Shown: piece by piece, positions 42,596 through 55,307 of the stretch
Layout of the letters: each line of letters begins with the position of its first letter
Position numbering within the stretch: position 1 is the first letter of the stretch
NCBI RefSeq assembly: GCF_008831285.2
Contig: NC_045138.2
Location: 6,262,001-6,326,000 of the forward strand
Source: Nymphaea colorata
Lineage: Eukaryota
DNA: 64,000 nt
Reading direction: 5' to 3'
Notes under the pieces: generated by a model
What the model saw: the letters and a program-made list of their open reading frames with translations, nothing else
Database searches by the model: none
What the model was told of the DNA's origin: nothing
Translations under genes and position numbers: made by a program

Positions 42596-43565
42596 AAAAA
42601 AAAGTGTCCTTCCTAGAAATGCCCGAGCTCATGGAATCTGAGCCTCGAAATAAAATGTTTGAACCCTCACTATCCATACTTGATGAAAATCAACTCACAC
42701 CTATGCATCTCTATTTCAATCCTCGTATTTTGCTTGACGCCATAGATCCTCTCCATGTCAAATCTTTGCATCTTTGCCCCTCCACCATAGGTAACCATTG
42801 CTCTCTCCCTCTCTCATCAGTGTTTGTCTGTTGTTTAGAGAGGCCTTGCAAAGCAGCCATATTTTTGTGTAGGTTTGTGAAGGTGGAGGAGTGATTCTGG
42901 AAGAGTGAAGGCTTTTTGTGCAGGCCTGTGAGAGAAGGAGAGGTGGTTCTCTTTGTTGGTCACAGAACTATTTCAACATAAGGGTTTTGAAGCTCTATTA
43001 ATGGTGAAGGTGCACTTTAGGCTCTTTTCCTCCTCGTTTTCTTGTTTAGGATATGATATTCATCAAGGAAATTTCCTTTATTCTTATCTGCTAAAAGTTC
43101 TTCCTCATCATCGTCACCATCGTCAGTTGCTGTATTCAGGTAAACCCTAATTTTTCTATTTTGTGCTAGCACTCTGTGCAGCTGGGTCTTTTATGATTGC
43201 CTTCATTCTCTCACACTGCCCTTCTCTTTCTTGGATCAAATAGTTCCAGATTTTCCATATTGATCTGAGAATTGTCGGGAGGGATTTCTAGCCGTTGGTT
43301 GGATCGTACCTAGCTCATTCCCCTTTTCCTGTTTTTCTGGAACCGTTTGATCCAAGAAAGACGAGGGCAATGTGAGAGAAAGAAAGCAAGTAGAAAACCC
43401 ATATGTACTGAGTACAGGCAAAAAATGGAGAAATTAAGGTTTACTTGATTACAAAAACTGACGATGGTGATGATGATTTGGGAAAACTTGTAGCAGAGAA
43501 GGACATTTTATTTTGAGGCTCGCGTTCAAGGGGTTGGGGCATTTCCAGGAAGGATGACTTTTTGT
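42596..43565. repeat. Hairpin family B, copy 2, with an extra basal stem and a ~420-nt one-sided bulge
   Basis: Core stem 43087-43250 / 43336-43497. Basal stem tccttcctagaaatgccc...gagcctcgaaataaaatgt (~42607-42658) pairs with acattttattttgaggctc...gggcatttccaggaagga (~43503-43554). Confidence 0.88.
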
Positions 43566-43911
43566 TCTTCTTGGACAGAATGATGCTTTGTCGTCATTTG
43601 TTTTCTAGCCAGAAATGTTTAATTGTTAAAGATGTGAAAGTAATTTCCATCAGAAAATGAAAAAAGAGTAATTGCCTCAGACATTCTAATTGTTAAAGAT
43701 CTGAAAGTAAGTTCCAACAAAAAATGCAAAACCAAATTAAAAACCGCTTTGTTCTGATTAGCAGAAGGCTTTCAAAGACATTTGAGGACCAAACATCTTG
43801 TAAATGGATAAAAAACAAGGCTTAGTGCAACTTTGTCAAAGAAAAACAATGCACAATCTTCAAATGAAACTTCCCAATTACTCAAGTTTTAGCCTAATGT
43901 GTCTATGGGGG

Positions 43912-43932
43912 GTGTGTGTGTGTGTGTGTGTG

Positions 43933-43979
<47 letters not shown>
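43912..43979. repeat. Compound (GT)n(GA)n microsatellite inside the left arm of hairpin A
   Basis: Direct reading. Confidence 0.95.
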
Positions 43980-43986
<7 letters not shown>

Positions 43987-45041
43987 ATGAGGTGGAGGGG
44001 GCCACCGCAAGAGAAGGAGCATCAGATAATCAATGGCCATGGTGGGGAGACGTAATGTCTTCTTGTCATTCGCAGTGTTATCTCCTTCGTTATTCAAGCC
44101 CTCCTCCTCTTTTTGTGTGCATGTGATTGTCTATTTGATAAGAGCGGCCCTTGCCAACAACATTTCGGAGAGAAAAGGGCATGTCCTCTGCTTTATGTTT
44201 TCTCTCTTCTTTCTTCATTTATATATTTTTCCATTCTCTTTCCTTCGTACTTATTCCTTTCTCCCTCCCTCTCTCTTCCTTCTTGTTGTTCAAGGGGATA
44301 ATAAGCAATGGCATAATAGGAAACACCTCATATTAATCATGGTGTTGAGTTCCTCTTAAAATCCTTTTTTCTCTTGTTCAGCTCCCCTTTTCCTCTATTT
44401 CTTTTTTGCTATTTCATTATTCCTTCTCTCTCTAACGCACATGATATATATACATAGTGAGAGAGAAATAGGTATAAGGAATACAAAAAGAAATAGAAAA
44501 GGTGGCTCAAAAAGATAGAAAAGGTCATAAGGTGGTCACTGCAGCATGCATAACATGAGGTCCCTACGAGACCATTGCTCATTATCTCCTTAAGCAAAGA
44601 GAGAGAAGAGAGAGAGGGTGAGAAAGGAATTAGAGAAAAAATACGAAGGAAAGAGAACACAAAAAAATATGAAGACAGAAAAGCAGAAGAATGAGAACAA
44701 AAAGAAGAGGACGTGACCTTCTCTCTCAACTGCTGCCAACAAGTGGCACTATTCTCACACAAATGCACATAAACAGAAACAGGAGGAGGGCCAAAGTACT
44801 GGGGGAGAGAATAGTGCTAGTGCTGAGGAATCATCCTCTTTCCCTGTTGTGGCTGTTGATGATCTGGCAATCCTTCTCTCTAGGTACCCACTTCCACCTC
44901 CTCATGTCTTTCTCTCACTCGATGTCACTCTCGTTAAGGAAAAAATAGGGTTATTTGGGAGCTTTATTCAAAGAACGCCTACTGTTTTCCTTCGACAAAG
45001 TTGCAATAAGCTTTGTTTTCGACCCGTTTTCGAGTTGTTTG

Positions 45042-45515
45042 TGTAAGATCATTTGGTGGGCCGACATACGTCTATGAGGAATTTCAGACATTATGGCTGT
45101 CTTAACGTAAATATCCGCTTAAGTGATTGCATTTTGGGATATTACGTCATTTTAGATGGTATGGGGTAATTTTGAAATGTATAGATACCGGTACGAAATT
45201 ACGGACTCTTTGATGGGTGGAATCCGTAATTGTCTTTATTATAAAATGCTAGTGGTCCCTGGGGTCGTGAAAGGGTTGCCAGAAACATTGGTTTCTAGGG
45301 TTTTCCTCTTCCCCATCTGAGAGAGACCTCAAGCGCGCCGCACGTACCCTAGAAGACCTGCTGCGATCTTACCGTGCACCAGATCAGATGGATTCAGGTA
45401 CGCTTCCGCTTCAGTTTAAGGTTTCGTTTATTTCAATGATTTAGCAAGAGCATGATCCTGTTTTAGGGTATATACGTTTGGTTTTGTATATGCGTTATGG
45501 GGAGAAATCCCAACA
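45042..45515 (+). repeat. 5' LTR (474 bp)
   Basis: tgtaagatcatttgg...aatcccaaca. About 10 substitutions versus the 3' LTR, counted by eye. Confidence 0.95.
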
Positions 45516-47369
45516 TTTGGTATCAGAGCCTATGTTCTTTGTTAAATCGTTGATCTTTTGGATGATTTTGTGCGTCATTCTTCCCATTCGGATGTTCCCC
45601 CTTCTGGTTTTTTGTCTGCAAGTTTTTCAAAAAAAAAGAAAAAAAAGGGCAAGCAACGGAAGCCGTCGGGCTTCCATTGCAGCTACAGGAAGGGGGAATA
45701 GGGAAGGGCGACGGAGGTGCAAGGAAGGGCGTCGGCCGGCCATTAGGTGACAGCCGAACCTAGCGTCCTTGCGCCACCCGCCGGCGGCCACCCACGCCGT
45801 TGGGTGGCCTGCCGGTGGGTTATTCGTCGCCGTCTCAACAAAACATAAGAAAAGGGGACCGTAGGATAGGCGACGGCTGGGAGGGACGATGGCAGGCGTA
45901 GGGAGACCGCCGGCGACTTAGTTGTCGCCGGACGGACCCATGCGACACGCCGGCGCCCACCCAACGTCTCCGCTTCCCTGCAGGTGGCTTTCTGGCTATC
46001 GTTTCAGCTGCCCAAAACCAGAAAAGGGGCAGAATGTAGAAGGAGGGGAAACCGACCAGAATCGGCCGGTTTTCGTCGGGCGTTGACCCGCCATCGAGGC
46101 GGCCGACGTCCGGCGACGCTGGCGGCACCCGCCGGCGGCCACCCACGGTGTTGGGTGGCCTGCAGGTGGAGCTTCACCGCCCGCCTGCCGTTCGGCAGGC
46201 GAGCGGTGGAGACGACGCCCACGACCGCTCGCGCGGTCGAGCGGGCGGGTCGGCCCGGGTCGGGTCGTGACAGACCCGATCCGGATCCAACAGTTTATTT
46301 TAAAAAAAAAAAAAAAAAATTCGTTCGCCCGCCCGCCAGCCCGCTTTAAGTTTTTCGGACCGGATCGGGTCCTACCAGACTCGACCCGTACCCATACGGT
46401 TTTTTTTTAAACAGAACCGGTTCATTAAGTTTAGAACTGATTCCGTTTGATTTAGAACCGGTTCGCACCTTTTTGAACCGATTCGTGCCCTTTTTAGACC
46501 GGTTCAGTTGTTTTTTAGACCGGTTCGGACATTTAAAACCCGATTCGGACCATTTTGGGACGGGTTCATTCAGTTTTTAACCTATTTTTGCCATTTTTTT
46601 AACCGGTTCATTGGGTTTTGGAACCGATACGGTTTAATTTTTAACGGTTCGTCCAATTTTTGACCGGTCCACCCCTATTTAGGGGCATGTGGGTGTTTTT
46701 GTTGTAGTTTAAGAACAATACGGGCCACTTTAAGGCCGATTCAGTGGTTCTTGACATACTTAAGCACAATTATGGTATCGGTTTATAAAATTTTGGACAC
46801 TTTTGGGCCCCTTTTATTGGATCATTTTGGTTTTGGAATCAATATAGGGCAAATTTGTATGTAAATTTTAATTCATGTATCATGTTTTGCATGTTATTAA
46901 AATTGTGTATGTGCTTTAGATGAATGTTTGGATTATGAATTTGATCTTTGGCCATGTCTGTTGTTTGAAATGAGTAAGTGTGTATTTTATGTAGCCAAAG
47001 TGACCTCTGTTGTACGAATTTGCTTGTTTTAAACATTAGATGATAATATACTTGATCCATGCGAACAATAATCAGCCCAAAGGAGGATTGTTGTTTGGTC
47101 AGGTTTAAGTATACAGGGCAATGAATATGTGATAATTTTTTTAGGTTTCCATGTGAATAGCGAGTCAATCCAAAGATAGGCTCGTTGTTTGACAGAGTTA
47201 ATTATCTATATTCATTGTTGACCAAGAATGCCACTTGCAGTTAATATTTCAATCCAAATATTGGATATTAGCGTTGCACCGGTACCTTGTGATGGGTTTT
47301 GGGCCATTGTGTTTAAATTCATTTATATTTGTTATTTCATCTTTGTACATGTATTGATTGTGAGTATGT

Positions 47370-49178
47370 TTGGTATTTTGGTTTGTTCTTTGTACAATGA
47401 GTTCTGCTTCCATGATATTTGCAAATTTGAGTACTATTACTGAGATAAATGATTCAATTCTTATAAGTAAGAAAAGAAAGACAGTTATAGAAGTTGCCAT
47501 TGACCAATCATCCGTTAAGAAACAGAAGAAGCATAAGGAAGGCCTTTTAGGCTGCTTCTTTTGTAAGGGTAAAGGTCATATAAAGAAGGATTGTACTAAG
47601 TTTCACGCATGGCGTGAAAAGAAGGATACACTTCTCACTTTGGTTTGTTCTGAGGTTAATTTAACTTTAGTACCCGGAAACACTTGGTGGGTAGATTCAG
47701 GTGCTACTACTCACATAAGTGTCTCTATGCAAGGCTGCCTACATTGTCGAACGCCAAATGATGCTGAAAGATTCATCTATATAGGCGATGGCAAGAAGGC
47801 AAAAGTTGAAGCCATAGCAGATTTTCGGTTGTTGTTAAAGACTGGTTGTTATTTGAATTTGACAGAAACTTATGTGGTGCCGTCTTTTAGACGGAATTTA
47901 GTTTCTATTTCCTCATTGGACAAATTTGGTTACTATTGTTCATTTGGAGGAAATAAATTCAAGCTGTTTCTGCACTCAAATTTGATTGCCACTGGTTCTT
48001 TATCTAGTAGCGATAACCTCTATTTGCTTGATACAGTTGCTTCATATCATGAGACCTTGCATGTTACGTCCAGTGGTACTAAAGGACAATTAGCCAATGA
48101 GAATTCTGCTATGTTATGGCATAGGCGCTTAGGACATATCTCTGAAAAGAGAATAAAAAGGCTTATGTCAAATGGAATTCTTGGGTCCCTTGATTTTGCA
48201 GACTTTAATGTTTGCATTGAATGTATAAAGGGAAAACGAATAAACATTAAGAAAACAGGTGCAAGTAGAGCTTTAGATGTCTTAGAACTGATTCATACGG
48301 ATGTTTGTGGTCCATTCCCTACGGCTTGTTGGAATCGACAACAATATTTTATCACGTTCATAGACAATTATTCTTGTTATGGCTACCTCTATTTGATTCA
48401 TGAGAAGTCTCAATCCTTAGACGTTTTCAAGTCATTTAAAGCCGAAGTTGAGAATCAATTAGGCAAAATGATTAAAGCCGTTAGATCTGACCGTGGTGGT
48501 GAATACTATGGTAGATTTGATGGATCAGGTGAACAACGTCCAGGGCCTTTCGCTAAGTACCTAGAGGAATGCGGTATAGTCCCTCAATACACCATGTCGG
48601 GTTCTCCCAGAATGAATGGTGTAGCTGAGAGACGAAACATGACTCTTATGGGTATGGTAAGGAGTATGATTAATCATTCTACCTTACCAGAGTCCCTCTG
48701 GGGAGAGGCATTAAAGACTGCAACTTATATTCTAAATAGAGTGCCATCAAAAGCAGTACCGAAAACCCCATATGAATTGTGGACAGGCAAAACGCCTAGT
48801 ATGAGGCATTTTCATATTTGGGGATGTCCAGCTGAAGCAAGGCCATATAGGCCAAGCGAAAGAAAACTGGACTCTAAGACGGTTAGCTGTTACTTTGTTG
48901 GGTATTTTGAAAGGTCAATGGGTTATAAGTTTTATAATCCATCCAGTAAGTCTTTCTTTGAAACGGGAAATGCCCATTTCTTTGAGGATATTGAGTTTGG
49001 GGGAGGTGATCAGGTTAGAAACATTGCCTTTGAAGAGGGACCTGAGTCCACTCATACAGGTGTTGTAAGCAACAGTCAGGTATTCATTCCTGCAATTGTT
49101 TCATCAACATATTCAGAAGAAGGCAATGATGTCGATCTCCATACTGAAGAACAAACTCAACAACCTCAAGAAAATTAG
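47370..49178 (+). CDS. Copia polyprotein fragment: zinc knuckle, aspartic protease, GAG-pre-integrase, integrase
   Basis: [32 protein letters not shown]...CIEC; HTDVCGP...RSDRGGEY...NGVAERRN; 602-aa open frame. Confidence 0.9.
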   Translation: MVFWFVLCTMSSASMIFANLSTITEINDSILISKKRKTVIEVAIDQSSVKKQKKHKEGLLGCFFCKGKGHIKKDCTKFHAWREKKDTLLTLVCSEVNLTLVPGNTWWVDSGATTHISVSMQGCLHCRTPNDAERFIYIGDGKKAKVEAIADFRLLLKTGCYLNLTETYVVPSFRRNLVSISSLDKFGYYCSFGGNKFKLFLHSNLIATGSLSSSDNLYLLDTVASYHETLHVTSSGTKGQLANENSAMLWHRRLGHISEKRIKRLMSNGILGSLDFADFNVCIECIKGKRINIKKTGASRALDVLELIHTDVCGPFPTACWNRQQYFITFIDNYSCYGYLYLIHEKSQSLDVFKSFKAEVENQLGKMIKAVRSDRGGEYYGRFDGSGEQRPGPFAKYLEECGIVPQYTMSGSPRMNGVAERRNMTLMGMVRSMINHSTLPESLWGEALKTATYILNRVPSKAVPKTPYELWTGKTPSMRHFHIWGCPAEARPYRPSERKLDSKTVSCYFVGYFERSMGYKFYNPSSKSFFETGNAHFFEDIEFGGGDQVRNIAFEEGPESTHTGVVSNSQVFIPAIVSSTYSEEGNDVDLHTEEQTQQPQEN

Positions 49179-49189
49179 GTAGAGATGTC

Positions 49190-50218
49190 ACTAAGAAAAT
49201 CCATATATGGACTAAAGCAAGTTTTCCAGTCAATGGTATTACAAACTTCATCAAGTTATAGTTTCATTTGGTTTCGAAATTAATATGGTTGATGAATGTG
49301 TATACCAAAAGTTCAGTGGGGGCAAATTTATCTTTCTAGTTTTATATGTCGATGATATATTGTTGGCAAGTAATGATGTTGGCATATTGCATGAAACTAA
49401 GATTTTTAGTCAACAAAGTTTGACATGAAGGATCTTGGTTGTGCATCTTTTGTATTGGGGATCCAAATATTTCGAGATCGTTCTCGGGGTATTCTTATAT
49501 CATCACAAAAGACCTACATTGATAAGGTGCTTCAGCAATATGACATGAAAGATTGTAAACCATGAAAGACTCCAGTTGCTAAAGGAGACAAGTTTAGTCT
49601 CAAACAGTGCCCTAAAAGTAAAATCGAATCTAAAGTAATGGAAATGATTCCCTATTTGTCTGTTGTGGGAAGCCTTATGTATGTTTACGTTTGTACTCGT
49701 TTGGATATTGCATTTATCATTGGAATGTTAGGCAGATACTTAAGTGATCCTACTATGGGTCATTGGAAAGCAGCCAAAAGAGTTTTGAGGTACTTAAAAA
49801 GAACATAAGATTTTATGCTTACATACAGGAAGTCAGACCAGTGGGAGATCATTGGGTATTCAGATTCTGACTTTGCTGGGTGCCAAGATAATGGCATCTA
49901 ATCAGGTTTTGTGATTGCAGAATTTTGTCACGAGGCTGCACATTTTGTATGGTATAGAAAGACCACTAAGGTTCTTGTGTGACAATAATTCAGCAGTTAT
50001 GTACTCTTATAACAGCCACAATTTGTCAAAGTCGAAGCACATCGACATTAAGTTTTTGGGCTGTTAAAGAGGGGATACAGAATGGTCAGGTGTCTTTAGA
50101 GCATATTGGGACAAACTCTATGATTGCGGATCCGCTTACCAAGGGTTTAACACATAAGGTCTTTCACGAACATGTTGTTCATATGGGGGTGTTATCCTTG
50201 GATGATGTGCTGGTTTAG
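49190..50218 (+). pseudogene. Disrupted copia RT (C-terminal part) and RNase H
   Basis: LRKSIYGLKQ, LVLYVDDILLA, GYSDSDFAG, MIADPLTKGL, with frameshifts, stops and deletions. Confidence 0.88.
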
Positions 50219-50613
50219 TGGGAGTTTGTATTTTGTTTACTCTTATGTATGGACACATATTCAGTTTTCTGCAGAATAAAGTTTAAAATTCTTTGGTTCC
50301 ATTCTGTGTTTATATTTTGATTTCCATAAAGGTTTTAAAGTTGGACCAGTTGAGAATAGACATGTTGTAATCACATTACATGTAATTCTCATGCTCTACA
50401 TCCATATCAGATCTATGTCATTGATTATGTTAACATTTGTGATCATTGAAGGTTTAGCTAACTTTGGATATAGCGAAAGCCGCTTTGGTTCTGTGTTGAT
50501 ATGATCATGGACGAGATTGGTGAAATGACGTTTAATAAGATAGCAGTTATGAGCTCTTATGGTTTTGTGTAATGTCTGAATGTATTAAGACATATTTGGC
50601 CTAAGTGGGAGAT

Positions 50614-51087
50614 TGTAAGATCATTTGGTGGGCCGACATATGCCTATGAGGAATTTCAGACATTATGGCTGTCTTAACGTAAATATCCGCTTAAGTGATT
50701 GCATTTTGAGATATTACGTCATTTTAGATGGTATGGGGTAATTTTGAAATGTATAGATATCGGTACGAAATTGCGGACTCTTTGATGGTTGGAATCCGTA
50801 ATTGTCTTTATTATAAAATGGTAGTGGTCCCTGGGGTCGTGAAAGGGTTGCCAGAAACATTGGTTTCTAGGGTTTTCCTTTTCCCCATCTGAGAGAGACC
50901 TCAAGCGCGCCGCACGTACCCTGGAAGACCTGCTGCGATCTTCCCGTGCACCAGATCAGATGGATTCAGGTACGCTTCCGCTTCAGTTTAAGGTTTCGTT
51001 TATTTCAATGATTTAGCAAGAGCATGATCCTGTTTTAGGGTATATACGTTTGGTTTTGTATATGCGTTATGGGGAGAAATCCCAACA
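50614..51087 (+). repeat. 3' LTR (474 bp)
   Basis: Direct repeat of 45042-45515, preceded by the PPT and followed by the TSD. Confidence 0.95.
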
Positions 51088-53099
51088 GTTTGATCCTTCA
51101 ATGTTTTTGAAAATCTGATAGTAATTAGAGTAGAGTATTTTTAATTTGGTTTTGAGCTTTCTTCTGTAGAAATTGTTGTGACATTGTATCCCTAAGGAAG
51201 TTGGCACAATAGAAGGGGTAGATGTTTGTAGATTACTCCATTGGTTATTCACGGGGCATCAACTTCTTGTGTTGCAAAAAGTGGATACTGATATCCAAGT
51301 TGAAGCATAACATACGTGTATGTGCATCAAAAGTAGGTCTGGTACCTAGGGAAGATGGTGGCTTGTCTCTCTTGTTAAGCGGCATGATAAACTACTCCTC
51401 CTACTATTCAACAAATTACTGTGAAGTTTTACTCTGCCCAAGGCAGTTGGTCTCTTTCCATTCATTGAACCCATACCACGTGCACCACATCATTTTCAGC
51501 TCATTTCAACATAACCTTAATAAGTGATGCAAAATCCTATGTTGACCATCTCCATGCCTTCTTAATTAAAATGTCCACCACTCCATTCTATCATGCAAGA
51601 CTGAAGGCCTTATGCATATGACAAATCATGGAGCAAACTTTATGAAAGAAGGTGCCAGGATTGCAGAAAATTTTAAATATGAAAAGACGATGTCCTGACC
51701 ACTGGATGAAAGGCACCACAAATCCATTCTTCATATAACAAACCTCTGCTCCAAGAATAGAAGCCAGTGGTACGTTTTTGTTTCTGTACGTAATTCCATC
51801 TTTCGTTTGTGTTCATGTTGGTGATTTCTGATGGGAATGAAGCAGGACGTCCCCCCGGTTCCCCCCACCAACCAAGTGAGACACCAACCACGCCCCTTCC
51901 CTTTCTCCGATCATCAAGCCCCCTTATCCCTTTCTTTTTCTTTCATCCCCCCATCCCGTTCTTTCTAATTGAACAAAAAAAGGAAGCCCAGGATGTTTGT
52001 TTGAAGTGGCGAAGGGAGAGAAAGTACAAAAAATGTAAGTATGTTGTTTGATTGGTGCCCCCACTATGGAAGGTAAAGTTGAGGAGTGTGGCTAGAAAGA
52101 AACAACTGAAGGGTCATCAAATGGAGAAGTGTAAAGTGGGATTTAGGTTACCGAGGCATATCTGATATATAATATTATATTGTTCTATTGCATAGCATAG
52201 TATATGTCATATAGTTAATTTGTACATAAATACATGTAATGTGTCCCTTAAATAAATACATGTAACTTATACATAAAAAATCATGTTGTAAGTAAGATTT
52301 ATACTCAAATCTAATAGAAAGAAAGTATAACGCTAAAATAACAAAAAAAAAAAAAAACACATCATGCAAAACGCATGAACCATATATCATATAAAATAAA
52401 ATTCTTTAAGTTCACAAGCCTGTGATTCATAGAACTTGAGAACACCCTCAGCACACAAAGTAGGCTACTAGGATTTGTCCTCCATCAATCCAATTTAAAG
52501 AAAAAAAATATCTATAAGCAGGAAAGACATTGAAACTTAACCTTTTATGCGACACTGCATGTATAAGTAAAAAAGCTCATGTCTCGATGTAGTGATAACA
52601 AAGATGGCAATTTTAGATTCTAATATTATTATTAACGTTGGATGTTGCCTTACATTTAGCACTACCAACTGTACAATCCAATGTTTGATAATTCATATCT
52701 AAGTTTTGCAAACTTATGCTTTTGCTATATTTGAGAGAATGTATAGGGTTGGCTTGAAGACCTCATATTCACCATGGTTTCAAAACTTGGATGTCATAAA
52801 CTTATAAAATAGTAAATATAGTGATAGCACTATGGTGAGAAATGATTACAGTTTGGAAGTTATACATGAGTAAAAAGACTCATGCATTGAAGTATTCAAT
52901 AATAAAGATGAAAATTTTAGGTTTTAATATTAATCATAGCCTTGAATGCTACCTAAATTATCACTAACAACTGTACCTTCCAAAGTTCAAGTAATTACAT
53001 TCAAGGTTTACAAGTTCGTTTTGCTTGAGAACTATAATTAATGGAATGACTCCTAATCTCTACTATCAATTGAAAACTTGGATTAAAAAAGAGAGATGT

Positions 53100-55307
53100 T
53101 GTTTGCATTCCAAAATTTATTTCGGTTTTGAAGTGTTCAGCAATGTAAAGTTTTATTTTTGAAATAAGAGAGAATAGGGACTCGCCTGTCGGTACGACGA
53201 TTGGTCATTCTTGGTGCCTTTACTAGGGGTAACCAACCCAAGGGCTATGCATATTCTTGATGCATTCATTTGTACATAAATATCTTCTCCATTCTAAATG
53301 TGTGTGGTGTTTGAAAATTTTGAAGATTTAATATTTCAAACCTTTGGATGAGAAAATATTGAAGAGTCATTTGAAAATATAAGTCATTTTGATTTGAGAG
53401 ATTTTTGTATAAAAAAACATTTGAAAATCTTTGGAAGATAATGCAAGTATTTTAAAGACTGCTTTTCAAAATCGATTTAGTGTTCTCTAAAGAACTGAAG
53501 TAGGTTTATGATTTTGCTCTAATTCGGGTACTACCTAATAGAGCTCCATCTTATCTTCCTTATGTTTTTTTATAAAGGTTCTTGTGATCATTCGTGAATT
53601 TCACAAGTGAATGTGAATGCATGAATGCTTTGGTTCTATATGTTTTAAAGAAAATTGTTCATTCATACCGTATCATTCATCTAAGAATCTCCCTATCATC
53701 ACACACATGGATAATTATTTACATATTTGTCCTAAATATTCTCATGAAAAGAAAACAAAATGATTTGAAAGTAAAGTGTGGTTGTAAACCATCAAACATG
53801 ATTCTAATATTGGGTCAGTACTTAAGTTTTGGTTTTAATGAAATCGATAAATGAAAATTAAAATCTTATAATCATGTATGAGTGTGTGCATAAAATTGAA
53901 TATCCAAAAGAATGAAAAAAGGAATAGAAAAGATTTTGAGTCAAGAGGAATAGAGAAAAGGAGAAAGAAATTTTGAAAAGAATGAAAGAAAAATTTTAAA
54001 GAAAGAGCAAGGGATGTATGTGTCTATGTATAAAAAATTGTATGTATATTCATATATATATATATATGAAAATTTTATAGAAGGAAGATTTTTAATCTAA
54101 GAGAAAAGACTTTAGATAGAGAGACATAGAGAAATATGTGTGTGTATATATATATATACATGCCGAAGAGAGAAGAATTTGGATGCATTTATGGGAGTTT
54201 CGGAGTCAAAACTCAAATTTGATTTTTTATTAATTTAACAACATTTTCATGCAAACTCTATGTATTTTTTAATTATTTTATTTTTTATTTTAAATAGGTC
54301 TTGACTAAATGGGATTAGCCCTTAAACCTACAAATACCCCTTTGGGGGTGTTGGCAGGGCTAGTGCTCACCCAACAGACCAAAACCACCACAAGGGGGTT
54401 GTTTCTACGTGCATGCATGCGAGAAAGATGGGGTGGGCTGAGGGGGGGGGGGCGCGCGGGGTTGGAATGCCATCCTTATTGGCTCATTTTGGAACAATAA
54501 GAGGTTGCTTTTGCCCTTAGCTTCCAAGGTGGTCCCTCACATAAAAAAAAAAAAAATTTTAAAACACATATTTGAAAGCGCAAAATAGTCTTTTGTTACA
54601 AACAGGTCTGACTTCATTTTGGTTGGTTCTGGGCTAGTTTTGGAACCAGATTGGGTTTCCTTGGTGGCCAATGAATTTTAGTCGACGTCCGCAGCTTGGA
54701 CCAAGGATTAGATGAGTGGTTTTGGCTCAAAACATGTTTTTATAATTTTTTTTTTGGTGCAAAATTGAGACGTAAAAACAAAGGTAAGGTCATGCGTGCA
54801 CTTTGCCCTTGATTTTGGATTTTGAGTTAGAATTCTTTATTTTGACTTTGGATTTTGAGTTAGAATTCTTTATTTGGATCCAAAGTTTGGTTTTTTATGG
54901 GTCCGTTTTCCTAGTTTGGACTTAATTTCGTTTGTGGGGTCAACTATGGACTTTGGCTTTGTATTTTGGATCAAGGTGTGTTATTTAAATCTAGGACTTG
55001 GATTTGGATCCTAATCTTGATTTAAAGTTGAATTTTGGATTTAAATCATACATTTGGATTCAGATATGGGTCTAGAGGTTCATTTTGGATTGAATCATCA
55101 AGAATTGGACTTGGATATGGCAATAGAAGTTTGTCTTGGATCTTGGAAAGAAATTTAAATTTGGATACAAATTTAGAAGTTTGTTTTGGGTTTAGCTTGG
55201 ACTCGGGGTTCAAAATTAGACCCAAATCATTGTAAAGATGGTTGAAATAACCAAGAATCTTGTTTGAATGAAATACAGTCTTCTGAAATAAAATTGGGGT
55301 GATAATA
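53100..55307. mobile_element. Duplicated copy of the same solo-LTR insertion
   Basis: Same flanks (GATGT/GATGC) and termini as 20335-23019. Partial copies at ~29375-31050 and ~39631-40298. Confidence 0.75.

Larger units (their letters stand above)
45042..51087 (+). mobile_element. Ty1/copia LTR retrotransposon with both LTRs, internally deleted
   Basis: TG..CA LTRs at 45042-45515 and 50614-51087. TSD GTTTG at 45037-45041 and 51088-51092. PBS tggtatcagagcc (tRNA-iMet type) at 45518. PPT aagtgggagat before the 3' LTR. Copia order PR-IN-RT-RH. Empty site in the paralogue at 18617-18621. Confidence 0.97.
43700..51185. repeat. Long hairpin family A, copy 5 (most complete; ~740-nt left arm; right arm split by the copia element)
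   Basis: Left arm ~43700-44440, apex ~44440-44458, right arm 44459-45041 resuming at 51093-51185. aaaacaaggcttagtgcaactttgtcaaag pairs with cttcgacaaagttgcaataagctttgtttt. acatttgaggaccaaac pairs with gtttgatccttcaatgt after the 3' LTR. Confidence 0.9.

Noticed and set aside
43700..45041. Stem-wide G:U bias as proof of plus-strand RNA selection
   Set aside because: The bias is confined to one segment. Neighbouring segments and hairpins B and D show balanced or opposite patterns, compatible with methyl-C deamination.
45650..46680. GC-rich island with ORFs and accggttc repeats, as a gene promoter
   Set aside because: It lies inside the copia element between the PBS and gag, so it is retrotransposon leader sequence.
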